From the NCBI GenBank assembly GCA_945888885.1, contig CAMDAX010000001.1, positions 1 to 54,575 on the forward strand: 54,575 nt of DNA. Reading direction: 5' to 3'. The notes beneath the pieces were generated by a model. That model was not told where the DNA came from and did not search any database. It worked only from the letters and a program-made list of their open reading frames with translations. This stretch comes from Nitrosovibrio sp. Nv4. GTDB taxonomy: Bacteria > Pseudomonadota > Gammaproteobacteria > Burkholderiales > Nitrosomonadaceae. A program made the translations under genes and the position numbers. Positions 38,842 to 50,086 of this stretch are shown one piece after another (position 1 is the first letter of the stretch; each line of letters begins with the position of its first letter).

Positions 38842-39936
38842 TTAAATAATACATTCTACAAGGGTTTCAGTTAGTAGTGCTGCAGGTACCTCGGCATGGA
38901 TCACTGCCTTACCAATACACTCGAGAAGAATGAAACGTATTTTTCCATTCTCAATTTTTTTGTCCAACCCCATCAGGTGTAGATATTTTTCCGAGCCGAG
39001 ATTAGGGGCTATGACCGGGAGTCCAGCCTGCAAGTAAATTTTGCGAATGCGTTCAACTTCTTCCGTACTAATCATGTGCATGCGCTGTGACAATTCCGCA
39101 GCCAGCACTGTGCCTGCCGCCACCGCTTCACCGTGCAACCACATACCGTAGCCCATACCGTTTTCGATAGCATGAGCAAAGGTATGGCCAAGATTGAGCA
39201 GCGCCCGCACACCGCTTTCACGTTCGTCAGCTGCAACAACTTCGGCCTTATTCATGCAACTTCGCCAAATTGCTTCATTCAGCACATCAGGATCGCGCGC
39301 CAGAAGACTGCTCATATTCCGTTCCAGCCACTCAAAAAAAGCAGGATCCTGGATCAATCCATACTTGATGATCTCTGCAATGCCGGCACGTAGCTCTCGC
39401 TCAGGTAAAGTATCAAGTGTTGTACTGTCCACCAATACCACACGCGGCTGATAAAAAGCACCGATCATGTTCTTGCCGAGCGGATGATTAATGCCAGTCT
39501 TGCCGCCTACCGAAGAATCTACCTGCGCCAGCAGCGTGGTTGGAATCTGAATAAACGGCACCCCACGCAGATAAGTTGCGGCGGCGAACCCAGCCAAGTC
39601 GCCGATCACTCCGCCACCCAGCGCGATGACCGTAGTGTTACGCTCACAATGATTTGACAGAAGATCATCGAAAATGAGATTCAATGTTTGCCAGTTTTTA
39701 TGCTCTTCGCCGTCGGGAAGGACAATGGAGACAGACGCTACCCCATGGTCTTCCAGTCCCATGCGCAACCGTTTCAGATAAAGCGGCCCTACTGTGGAGT
39801 TGGTAACGATGGCAACCCGCTTCTGCGGCAGATAAGGCAGAATAAGATCGAGTTGATCCAATATACCAGCGCCGATATGTATCGGGTAGCTACGCTCGCT
39901 TGATGCAGAGACAAGCTCTACCGTAATAGTTTGCAT
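38842..39936 (-). CDS. aroB: 3-dehydroquinate synthase
   Basis: [28 protein letters not shown] and [11 protein letters not shown] chose the ATG at 39936; the ORF-track start at 39966 is a TTG. Confidence 0.93.
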   Translation of the reverse strand: MQTITVELVSASSERSYPIHIGAGILDQLDLILPYLPQKRVAIVTNSTVGPLYLKRLRMGLEDHGVASVSIVLPDGEEHKNWQTLNLIFDDLLSNHCERNTTVIALGGGVIGDLAGFAAATYLRGVPFIQIPTTLLAQVDSSVGGKTGINHPLGKNMIGAFYQPRVVLVDSTTLDTLPERELRAGIAEIIKYGLIQDPAFFEWLERNMSSLLARDPDVLNEAIWRSCMNKAEVVAADERESGVRALLNLGHTFAHAIENGMGYGMWLHGEAVAAGTVLAAELSQRMHMISTEEVERIRKIYLQAGLPVIAPNLGSEKYLHLMGLDKKIENGKIRFILLECIGKAVIHAEVPAALLTETLVECII

Positions 39937-40002
39937 GAGATATTCGTATGGATTTCGCAGTGTCAATATTGCAGCAGAGCCACCAATATTGGTTCGTTGA
40001 AG

Positions 40003-40605
40003 CTAATCTGTTTTAGTCTCATCTATTCTCAAGCCAGCGCCAGCCAATTGTTGTGCGAGTGAATGGGTCAGTTGACGGGTACTCTGTGTTCCACTCTCGA
40101 CAATGATATGCGCAGTTTCACAGTAAAGCAGGTTACGTTGCGCATAAAACTCAGCCAACTTAGCATGTGGATTCGGGGTCTGAAGTAGTGGTCGCCCTCT
40201 GTCGTGCCGGGTACGCCGCCATAAATCATCAACTGTCGCTTGCAGATAGACTACGGTACCATTGCACCTTAGTAGATCGCGATTCTCTGCACTCAGTACT
40301 GCACCCCCCCCTGTTGCAAGTACAATACTCTTGAATTTAACCAACTCCTGTAGCATCTCTGTCTCGCGTTTGCGGAAACCGGCCTCCCCTTCAATTTCAA
40401 AAATAACCGGTATGCTGACTCCGGTACGTTTCTGGATTTCACGGTCCGAATCAAAAAATGTTTTATCCAGATAGCTGGCCAAAGACTTACCAATGGTGGT
40501 TTTTCCCGCGCCCATCATGCCCACAAGAAAAATATTGCCACCTGCCTCTGCCGCAGCAGGTTTTTGCGTCATTGTCGCCGCCATTGTCACTTTAGCTGAA
40601 TTCAT
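40003..40605 (-). CDS. aroK: Shikimate kinase
   Basis: The Walker A motif is in NIFLVGMMGAGKTTIGK. In-frame ATG candidates lie at 40605, 40584 and 40572, so the start is uncertain. Confidence 0.88.
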   Translation of the reverse strand: MNSAKVTMAATMTQKPAAAEAGGNIFLVGMMGAGKTTIGKSLASYLDKTFFDSDREIQKRTGVSIPVIFEIEGEAGFRKRETEMLQELVKFKSIVLATGGGAVLSAENRDLLRCNGTVVYLQATVDDLWRRTRHDRGRPLLQTPNPHAKLAEFYAQRNLLYCETAHIIVESGTQSTRQLTHSLAQQLAGAGLRIDETKTD

Positions 40606-40692
40606 TCGGGCAATTGTAGCGGAAATACCTGCATCCGCATAAACACAAAAAATTATGCCAGGCGTTCCCTGCGCCAAGGAAATTCTCTATGG

Positions 40693-42831
40693 TCAGCGCA
40701 GATTAAGACTGTCTTTCAATATGCGCGGGGTAACAAAAATCAGTAATTCCGTTTTATTATCCCTTATTGCGTTATTCTTAAAGAGGTTTCCCAGTATCGG
40801 AATATTTCCCAATAGTGGCACCCTGTTGGTCAAGGTGCTTTCGTCCCGTTCGAAAATACCACCAATGACTACCGTCCCGCCATTTTCCACCAACACCTGC
40901 GTAGTGATCTGCTTGGTGTTAATGATCGGTGGTAACGTGAGACTTGTTTGCGCTCCAATGCTGTCTTGGTTAACGCTCAAGTTCATGATGATATTGTTGT
41001 CAGGCGTAATCTGTGGTGTGACTCTGAGGCGTAACGTTGCATCCCTGAAAACCACGCTGGTGGCACCGCTACTGGTCGCCTGCTGGAAGGGTACTCGCGA
41101 ACCCTGTTCAATAGTAGCTTCAACCTGGTCGGCAGTTACTATCCGCGGGCTGGCAACGACCTTGCCCCTGCCGTCAGTTTCCAGTGCAGATAGCTCCAGG
41201 TTGACCAGGGAGCCATTGTTGATCTTGATCAGACTGAGTCCTAGTGTAAATGGCCCACCCAATGCGGCAGCGGCACCTGTAGCACCGAGTGCTGGCATAT
41301 TGACATTATTAAGCAGGGTCGAACCGCTGGGGGATCCGCCAAGAGCCAAGGCACTGGAACCCGCCTGAGTGCCGGAAATTCCGAGGTTGTTGATGCCGGA
41401 ACTCTGGACACCGAAGCGGGCACCAAGATTGCGGCTGAATGTATCAATCGCCTCCACGATACGTGCCTCGATCATCACCTGCCTCACGGGTATATCTATT
41501 TTTACGAGCAGTCTGCGTAGCTCTTCCAGTTGCGTGGGCGCATCTCTAACAAACAAGGTATTAGTGCGAGCATCCATGGCTACGCTACCACGCTTGGACA
41601 ACATCTTCTGCACTGGATCGGCCAGCATTGTTCTGATCACATCAGCTTTCTGATAATTCATCTGAAAACTCTCGGTGTAGATCGGTTCCAGATCAGAAAT
41701 CTGCTGACGGGACTCCAAGTCAAGCTTCTCCTTGGTGGCAATTTCGTCACGTGGCGCAATCAAAATGACGTTACCAACCTGGCGCTGGCCTAATCCTTTG
41801 GCCTGAAGCATGATATCCAGTGCCTGATCCCAGGGAACATCTTTCAAGCGTAACGTAAGGTTGCCGGTGACTGTGTCACTGGTGATGATATTGAGTCCGG
41901 TAAAATCAGCGATTACCTGCAACACTGCGCGCACGTCTACGTTCTGAAAATTAAGCGACAGCTTGTCACCCTTAAAACCTCCACGACCGGATTTCCCACT
42001 CGCAAGTCTGTCGAGATCCTCTGCTACTGGTTTGACTTTAAGGATAAATTTGGTATCTGCCTGATAAGCTGAGTGTTCCCATAACCCCTTGGATTCGATT
42101 ACCATACGCACGTTTCCCCCATGAGTGAGGGTTTCGATAGTTTGTACTGGCGTGGCAAAATCCACCACGTCCAGTCGCCGCTCCAGGTTACGTGGCAAAG
42201 ATGCCTTGATAAATTCGACAATGATGTTTTTACCCTGCTGGCGGACATCAATCCCGATACCAGCATCCGACAGATCCACCTGTATTTGCCCTTCTCCATC
42301 GGCACCACGGCGAAAATCTACATCCCGTAAACTGAGAGGCTGTAACATGTCTGGCTTGATTTCAGAAAAATGTGCGGCCGGACCAGTCGCCGTAGGCTCG
42401 GCGATTATTCTCTGCAGAGTGATTAAAGCGACTTTATCTTCGATTGCAGCGACATAATTCATGGGTCGAGACAAATTCATCACCAAACGAGTACGGCCTC
42501 CAACCTCGACAATATTAAGGCTACGCAACCCACCTTCCTCAATTTTCAGGATATTCTTGCCCAGCGCGTTGGAAGTATTGAGGAAATCGAAATAAACCCG
42601 TACCAAGTCTGAGCTGCTCAGGGAAATGCCAACGGGAGTAGTAGTCAGGGGCTGATTCATTGTCACCTTGACCACCGTTATACCCTGTGTGGTGGAAACG
42701 CTGATATCTTCAATATTGTATTGCGCAGCAGCAACCGGTACCGTGTCAGCCGCGATTGCGGGCGGGAGCGCTGCCAATAACAAGGTGTACCCCAGCCACG
42801 CATAACGATTCATAACATTCGGTATGCTCAT
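40693..42831 (-). CDS. pilQ: Type IV pilus secretin
   Basis: 712 aa with an N-terminal signal peptide, AMIN-like repeats and a C-terminal secretin domain (VPLLGNIPILGNLFK, ELLIFVTPRI). Confidence 0.93.
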   Translation of the reverse strand: MSIPNVMNRYAWLGYTLLLAALPPAIAADTVPVAAAQYNIEDISVSTTQGITVVKVTMNQPLTTTPVGISLSSSDLVRVYFDFLNTSNALGKNILKIEEGGLRSLNIVEVGGRTRLVMNLSRPMNYVAAIEDKVALITLQRIIAEPTATGPAAHFSEIKPDMLQPLSLRDVDFRRGADGEGQIQVDLSDAGIGIDVRQQGKNIIVEFIKASLPRNLERRLDVVDFATPVQTIETLTHGGNVRMVIESKGLWEHSAYQADTKFILKVKPVAEDLDRLASGKSGRGGFKGDKLSLNFQNVDVRAVLQVIADFTGLNIITSDTVTGNLTLRLKDVPWDQALDIMLQAKGLGQRQVGNVILIAPRDEIATKEKLDLESRQQISDLEPIYTESFQMNYQKADVIRTMLADPVQKMLSKRGSVAMDARTNTLFVRDAPTQLEELRRLLVKIDIPVRQVMIEARIVEAIDTFSRNLGARFGVQSSGINNLGISGTQAGSSALALGGSPSGSTLLNNVNMPALGATGAAAALGGPFTLGLSLIKINNGSLVNLELSALETDGRGKVVASPRIVTADQVEATIEQGSRVPFQQATSSGATSVVFRDATLRLRVTPQITPDNNIIMNLSVNQDSIGAQTSLTLPPIINTKQITTQVLVENGGTVVIGGIFERDESTLTNRVPLLGNIPILGNLFKNNAIRDNKTELLIFVTPRILKDSLNLR

Positions 42832-43364
42832 TTACTTACCTCCTGATCTTCTAGCATTAGGGTGCTGACACGTTCAGCCCAATCACTGTTACTGTCTTGC
42901 ACGTTTTCTTTGAGTCTAACCTCTGACTCCGAGATCGCAGTTATCAACCCAAAATCCTGGCCTAGATAATCACCCACTTTGACCCGGTGGAGAGTATTGT
43001 CCGGTGCTCTGATCAATGCGTAGATCACCTTGTTTTGCTGTAGTGAGCCGACCATTTTCAGACTTTCCAGCGGAAAATTTTCCAAGAACTCTTTGCGGTC
43101 CTCGCGTCGCTTGAAATCTGGCTGGAGTCCGCCACCTTCACCTTTCATCAGCCTGATCCTGAGCGGATTGAATGGGTCTGGAATATCAAATGCGTTATAG
43201 GAATAGTATTCATAAGGCTTAATCGCAGGTGGAGGAGCTACTTTACCATGCAGGCTTTTTCCGGAATCTCTGATGAATTGATCCAAATCGCTGTAGGTGC
43301 CATCGCCACAAGCGGATAACGCTAATGGAATCACCAGCGGCAACAGACGAAACCACTTCATCAC
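42828..43364 (-). CDS. pilP: Type IV pilus assembly lipoprotein PilP
   Basis: 178 aa with a lipobox LALSAC. Its position between pilO and pilQ fits, and it has ATGA overlaps at both ends. Confidence 0.8.
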   Translation of the reverse strand: MMKWFRLLPLVIPLALSACGDGTYSDLDQFIRDSGKSLHGKVAPPPAIKPYEYYSYNAFDIPDPFNPLRIRLMKGEGGGLQPDFKRREDRKEFLENFPLESLKMVGSLQQNKVIYALIRAPDNTLHRVKVGDYLGQDFGLITAISESEVRLKENVQDSNSDWAERVSTLMLEDQEVSK

Positions 43365-43996
43365 TCTTTACCCCCAGCTGCCAGTGTGGCAGCCTTTTTC
43401 TGCTTTGCCACCTCCTCCTCATCAAGATAGCGAAACGTTTTGGCTGTGGCATCCAGCACTAGATTTCCTTTGGTACCGAGAGCAATGTTTATATTATTCA
43501 ACGTTACAATACGCGGCAACTGCGCAATGTCGCTGGCAAATGCACCAATGTCGTGGTAGCTGCCAGTGACACGAATAGTAATAGGCAGTTCGGCATAGAA
43601 CTCTGTAATAATCTCGCTGGTTGCCGGCCTGAATAATTCAAATTGCAATCCACGCCCCAGCCCCGCCTGATTGATGTCTATCAACAGCGCATCCATTTCT
43701 GACTTACTTGGCAACTGCTTCAACAATGTACTGAGAGACTTTTCGATGTCCTGCAATTGCTGTCGCAGGATATCCAGATTAACCACATCCATTTTCTTTG
43801 CCAGATAGGTTTTTTTCAGCTCCGTTTCTTCTGTCTTGGCCCGATCCAGAATTTCCCACTGTTCCCGCCAGTCCAGAGCTAAGCCAGCAGCAATGACTGC
43901 CATCAATAGCGTAGCGAGAGTACCAGCCTTTATACTTGCAGGCCAGCTTCCTGGATCCCGGGGATTAAGTTGATTTATTTCTTCGAACAGGCTCAT
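43361..43996 (-). CDS. pilO: Type IV pilus assembly protein PilO
   Basis: 211 aa with a single N-terminal TM followed by a coiled coil. The call rests on its position in the pilMNOPQ order. Confidence 0.8.
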   Translation of the reverse strand: MSLFEEINQLNPRDPGSWPASIKAGTLATLLMAVIAAGLALDWREQWEILDRAKTEETELKKTYLAKKMDVVNLDILRQQLQDIEKSLSTLLKQLPSKSEMDALLIDINQAGLGRGLQFELFRPATSEIITEFYAELPITIRVTGSYHDIGAFASDIAQLPRIVTLNNINIALGTKGNLVLDATAKTFRYLDEEEVAKQKKAATLAAGGKE

Positions 43997-44002
43997 GGTA
44001 AT

Positions 44003-44611
44003 TTAATCTTTCTTCTTTTCCACAGGCAGCTCTATCCCTGCGGAGAGAATCTCGTCATTGGCATTCTCGGATAAACGGGTAAGCTTTACATGAAGGTTGA
44101 ACTCGTTGAGGCGAGTGTTATTCACTGTGGCGGCCTTGATTTCAATCAATGACGGCGATTCCAGCCAGGGAGATGACTCCAGATTGCGCATCAGAACTGA
44201 CACCCGTGAATTGGACTGGGCGTATCCTGCCAAATTAATATCATGGTCGGTTTGCTTGATGCTTCTGAGATAAACTCCGTCGGGGAGCAGTCGTACCAGT
44301 TGGTCCAGCAAATGCACCACTTCAACACGGTCATCCTGCAAAATCTCAACCACTTTCTTACGCTCCAGCAGCGTATGGGTTAATACCTTGATTTTCTTGA
44401 TTTCTTCAATTTGCTTGTCGAGGATAACAATCTGGCCTTTCATATAGTCATTGCGTCCATTCTGGTGCTCAATCTGAGCGACGATCGCAATGTGGACTAC
44501 ACCGACGATTATGAGTCCCAGTATGAATGTCACCCCGGCCAGCACAGCAATTTGCTGCTGTTTTGCCTTACGCTTGAGTTCACGGTGAGGCAGCAGGTTA
44601 ATACGAATCAT
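44003..44611 (-). CDS. pilN: Type IV pilus assembly protein PilN
   Basis: The MIRINLLPHRE N-terminus is the PilN hallmark, followed by a single TM. Confidence 0.85.
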   Translation of the reverse strand: MIRINLLPHRELKRKAKQQQIAVLAGVTFILGLIIVGVVHIAIVAQIEHQNGRNDYMKGQIVILDKQIEEIKKIKVLTHTLLERKKVVEILQDDRVEVVHLLDQLVRLLPDGVYLRSIKQTDHDINLAGYAQSNSRVSVLMRNLESSPWLESPSLIEIKAATVNNTRLNEFNLHVKLTRLSENANDEILSAGIELPVEKKKD

Positions 44612-45711
44612 GATGGATAAAAACTTCGTAAAGCCAGACCGCAGGCGACCAGAAGCGAAGGAGCATCCGCACTCAGTTGTTTAGGCATAACACCACTGGA
44701 TAGTTCCATACCGATGAAAGGATTGGCAACCAGGGTACCGACCTGGGTACGAACCGCAATAATCTCATCCAACCCCGGGATGATGGCGCACTCCCCTGCC
44801 AGGAGAATATAATTGATAGCGGTAAACTGGGTCGAGGTAAAGAAAAATTGCAGGGCACGATCCACTTCCAGCGCCAGGATTTCGCGAAATGACTGCAATG
44901 TTCTTGTCTTATAATTGTTAGCGGGTTCATCGCCAGGCTTAGCGACTTCTACTTCTTCCGGTGAGAGATTGAAATAGCTTTGAATCTCCTGCGCGAGATG
45001 GTCGCCACCAAACGGTTGATTGCGCATATAGACCGACTGCCCGTTGTGCAGCACATTGATATTTATGCCGGTGGCACCAATATCGACAAGCGCGACAATC
45101 TGATCTTTTCCGCCGCCCGGCAACAGGTTTTCAATCAATGCAAAAGCAGCCTGCGCGGCATACGGCTCGGCATCCATGACCACAGCCTTCAAACCAGCTG
45201 CCAGCACCACAGCTACCCGCTCCTCCACTTTTTCCTTGCGTGAGGCGACAATTAGTACCTCCACCTCTTCCAGATTGCCGGGGGCCGGTCCCACTACTTG
45301 AAAATCGAGATTTGCCTCATCCAGCGCGAAGGGGATATATCTGTTAGCCTCGGTTTCGACCTGAAAAACCAAATCGTCTTCCTTTTGTCCTGCTGGAACG
45401 GTGATTTTCTTAGTAATCACCGCTGCCGCCGGTAACGCCAAGGCAACTGTCTTAAGCCGTGTCTCCATACGTTTCCAGCAACATCGAAGGCTCTCGCTTA
45501 CCGCTTCCAGATTAACTACATTACCATCCAGCATGGCGTCTTTGGGTAGGGGCTCAATCGCATAATGCTCAACCCGATAAACATTACTGTTCTTCCCTAC
45601 CATGGAAAGCTCAACCATCTTCACCGAAGACGAACCGATATCTACGCCTATCAGTGTTGGTAGCTTTGGCTGATGAAAGACAAAATTTATGTTGAACTTC
45701 CCGTTTAGCAT
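44608..45711 (-). CDS. pilM: Type IV pilus assembly ATPase-like protein PilM
   Basis: 367 aa with an actin-like fold (IGVDIGSSSVKMVEL, VDIGATG). Confidence 0.9.
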   Translation of the reverse strand: MLNGKFNINFVFHQPKLPTLIGVDIGSSSVKMVELSMVGKNSNVYRVEHYAIEPLPKDAMLDGNVVNLEAVSESLRCCWKRMETRLKTVALALPAAAVITKKITVPAGQKEDDLVFQVETEANRYIPFALDEANLDFQVVGPAPGNLEEVEVLIVASRKEKVEERVAVVLAAGLKAVVMDAEPYAAQAAFALIENLLPGGGKDQIVALVDIGATGININVLHNGQSVYMRNQPFGGDHLAQEIQSYFNLSPEEVEVAKPGDEPANNYKTRTLQSFREILALEVDRALQFFFTSTQFTAINYILLAGECAIIPGLDEIIAVRTQVGTLVANPFIGMELSSGVMPKQLSADAPSLLVACGLALRSFYPS

Positions 45712-46419
45712 TAGCTAGTTAGAAAAAATATCTATAAAGTAGATTAGTCTGAATTATTCGCAAAGAGAGAAAAGAGCACTGTAATAATTTGATGTAACAC
45801 GACTCATAAAGAAACTCCTACGTAAAACAGGTACAGGATTCTGTCCATCTCACATGCCATTTCAGAACGGCTACGTTTTTTAGCGGCTGTAAGCTTCACG
45901 GTCTGGGCCGATTTCAATGGAAAGCTTTCTTCCAGCCACAGGCTGCTGCTGCGAAGTGGGTTGCCAAATTGGGCTGACCACAGGCATTATCAGGGCCTCA
46001 TCCGTGGGCCTGTATGAAGAATTTACTATGCGGCAGCTCCTGGCCAACTTAATGCGCTTACAATTGCATGCTGCAGCCTGTTGGTTTGCATCAGCAGTTG
46101 CGTGCAGGGGTACCAACATACCGAACTCTTAACCGCACCGCCCGCCTCGGCCATCTTGAAACTATTCAAAATCGCCGTGCAGGTCAAACAGTACAAAGAT
46201 CGCCCCATCCTTCATCTGCCTTACCGCGTGTGCGGCAAAATACCTGCTTCTTAACCGTTCAACTCAAACTAATCTCATCCGGAGTAACTGACGTATTGCC
46301 AAAACTGACGCTTGCGATGGAAATCAATACAAAGTTATGCTCAGAACGATTTATGACACATTCAAATTAAATATCCTTGGCGACTATAGCGCATGTAGCG
46401 TATTTTTACCAACCATCCC

Positions 46420-46455
46420 GCTTATAATGTCATATGTCTATATGACATTATAAGC
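46420..46455. promoter_or_regulatory. Perfect 16-4-16 palindrome 87 nt upstream of mrcA
   Basis: gcttataatgtcatat-gtct-atatgacattataagc. Each arm contains TATAAT. Confidence 0.5.
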
Positions 46456-46541
46456 ATAGGCTGTTTTCGGAAAGATTGAGCATATATCCATTATAATTCA
46501 ATGATATTTATTTTTACCCTCCACTTCGAAGTTCCTTTTTT

Positions 46542-48857
46542 ATGAAAGCACGTTGGTGGCTTTATCCAATCGCGGCTTTGCTGGGGTTGAGTCTGCTCGG
46601 TACCCTGCTGGTTGGATTTGCGGTATTGGTCACCCTCCCCACACTACCATCGCTTGAAGCTCTGACCGATTACCGTCCGAAAATTCCGTTACGGATTTAT
46701 AGTGCAGAAGGTTTGCTAATGGGGGAATTCGGCGAGGAGCGCCGCGCTGTAGTGAAAATTAGCGAGGTACCGGAGCGCCTTAAACAGGCAATTCTGGCGG
46801 CAGAAGATGACCGCTTTTATCAGCATGGAGGGGTGGATTACTCTGGCGTACTACGCGCGGCTTATTCCAATTTCACCTCCGGCGGCATTCGTCAGGGTGC
46901 CAGCACCATCACCATGCAGGTAGCGCGGAATTTTTTCCTGACCAAGGAAAAAACTCTGGCACGAAAATTTAGCGAAGCTTTGCTTGCATTCAAGATTGAA
47001 CATAGCTTGAGCAAAGATGAAATCCTCGAACTCTATATCAACCAGATCTATCTCGGTCAGCGCGCCTATGGTTTCGCTTCCGCAGCACAGGTCTACTTCG
47101 GCAAAACTCTGGCCAATATCACTCTGGCTGAAGCTGCCATGCTGGCAGGCCTACCCAAAGCGCCCTCGCACTATAACCCGATAACCAATCCCAAACGCGC
47201 CAAGACGCGACAACTCTACGTGCTAAGACGTATGAATGAACTTGGTCACATCTCCAGCCTGGAACTCAAGGAAACGGGGGAGCAGTCATTACGAATCAAA
47301 CGAAAACCACAAGAATTCGCAATGCGGGCCGATTATATATCTGAGATGGCGCGCCAAGCGGTCTATGACCGTTATCAGGAAGAAACCTACACCAAAGGTT
47401 TCAAAGTCTATACAACCGTGAGGAAACTGGATCAGCAAGCGGCTTATCAGGCTCTGCGCCAAGGCGTAACGGATTATGACAGACGTCACGGCTATCGCGG
47501 CCCCGAAGCATCTGTTAATTTTCCAAAAAATAGCACATCTCAGGAAGAGATGCTGGAAGATGCGCTACAGAATGCAGTCGACAGCGATGATATTTATGCC
47601 GCCGTGGTGTTGACCGCCAACTCCAAATCCGTACATGCTTACCGGCGAGGGGGGGAGAACATCGAGATCACCGGAGATGGTCTTAAATTTGCGCATAAAT
47701 TCCTCACCGACACAGTAGCATCCGGTCGGCAGCGTATTCGCCCCGGGGCATTGATCCGTGTACAGAAAAATGAAAAAGGGATATGGCAAATTGTGCAACT
47801 CCCTCAAGTTGAAGCTTCGCTGGTTTCAATCGATCCGCAAGATGGGGCCATTCGCGCGCTGGTAGGTGGATTTGATTTCAACCGTAATCAGTTCAACCAT
47901 GTCACGCAGGCTTGGCGTCAACCAGGTTCCAGTCTGAAGCCTTTCATCTATTCAGCTGCGCTGGAAAAGGGTTTTACTCCGGCAACTGTCATTAACGATG
48001 CGCCAATTTCCTTTAGCGCTGCTGAAACGGGCAGCAAACTGTGGGAACCGAGGAATTTCGATGGCAAGTATGAGGGGCCATTACGCATGCGTGAAGCGCT
48101 TGCCAAATCCAAGAATATGGTGTCAATCCGTATCCTCCAGGCTATTGGCATCCACTATGCTCAGGATTATATCTCCCGTTTTGGTTTTGACCCCAGTCTG
48201 CACCCACCTTATATGACTATGGCATTGGGTGCGGGGTCGGTGACGCCAATGCAGATGGCAGTGGGTTACTCGACGTTCACCAATGGTGGCTTCCGTGTCT
48301 CACCCTATTTCATCGAGCGTATCGAGGATGAAAAAGGCAATATACTTGAACAGGCACAACCAGCACGGGCGACAAAAAATGCCGAGCTAGTCATAGACCC
48401 GCGTAATGCTTTTCTTATGACCAACATGATGCAGGATGTAGTGGAGCGAGGCACTGCGACCAGAGCAAAGCAGCTCAGTCGTACTGATCTGGCGGGAAAA
48501 ACCGGTACTACCAATGATCATATCGACGCTTGGTTTTGTGGTTACCAAGCCGATCTGGTCGCAGTAGTCTGGATCGGTTTCGACAATCCCAGATCATTGG
48601 GTGATAACGAAACCGGGGGTCGAGCTGCTTTACCTATATGGATGAATTATATGGGTAAAGTATTGCACAATATCCCCATGGCTATCTATACACCGCCAAG
48701 AGGCGTTACGATGGCCAGAATCAATCCGGCAACCGGCCTGAGAGAATCGCATGGCACAATGGAAGAGTACTTCCTTCAGGAACAACTGCCACCGGAAGCT
48801 GGCCGTGATGATGATGTCGCCAAACCGTCAGGAGGTATACCGGATCGGTTGTTTTAG
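46542..48857 (+). CDS. mrcA: Penicillin-binding protein 1A (bifunctional glycosyltransferase/transpeptidase)
   Basis: 771 aa with GT51 motifs (EDDRFYQHGGVD, GASTITMQ) and transpeptidase motifs SSLKP, SKN and KTGTT. Confidence 0.92.
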   Translation: MKARWWLYPIAALLGLSLLGTLLVGFAVLVTLPTLPSLEALTDYRPKIPLRIYSAEGLLMGEFGEERRAVVKISEVPERLKQAILAAEDDRFYQHGGVDYSGVLRAAYSNFTSGGIRQGASTITMQVARNFFLTKEKTLARKFSEALLAFKIEHSLSKDEILELYINQIYLGQRAYGFASAAQVYFGKTLANITLAEAAMLAGLPKAPSHYNPITNPKRAKTRQLYVLRRMNELGHISSLELKETGEQSLRIKRKPQEFAMRADYISEMARQAVYDRYQEETYTKGFKVYTTVRKLDQQAAYQALRQGVTDYDRRHGYRGPEASVNFPKNSTSQEEMLEDALQNAVDSDDIYAAVVLTANSKSVHAYRRGGENIEITGDGLKFAHKFLTDTVASGRQRIRPGALIRVQKNEKGIWQIVQLPQVEASLVSIDPQDGAIRALVGGFDFNRNQFNHVTQAWRQPGSSLKPFIYSAALEKGFTPATVINDAPISFSAAETGSKLWEPRNFDGKYEGPLRMREALAKSKNMVSIRILQAIGIHYAQDYISRFGFDPSLHPPYMTMALGAGSVTPMQMAVGYSTFTNGGFRVSPYFIERIEDEKGNILEQAQPARATKNAELVIDPRNAFLMTNMMQDVVERGTATRAKQLSRTDLAGKTGTTNDHIDAWFCGYQADLVAVVWIGFDNPRSLGDNETGGRAALPIWMNYMGKVLHNIPMAIYTPPRGVTMARINPATGLRESHGTMEEYFLQEQLPPEAGRDDDVAKPSGGIPDRLF

Positions 48858-48942
48858 CCATAGCAAACAGATCACCATGGGCATCTCTAAAAATTCAGAT
48901 TTCATCGCAATAATTAGAGCTTTGAATTTTTACAGCTACCCT

Positions 48943-50016
<1,074 letters not shown>

Positions 50017-50086
50017 CTATCTCTCATGGTTAGACGCTGTTTGATTGTCTCCCGCTTTCCCTCCCTTAGCGGGGCCTTAATACTTG

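Noticed and set aside
42828-44611. The 4-nt ATGA overlaps between pilM/pilN, pilO/pilP and pilP/pilQ could be something unusual
   Set aside because: This is standard translational coupling in pilMNOPQ operons and is not noteworthy.
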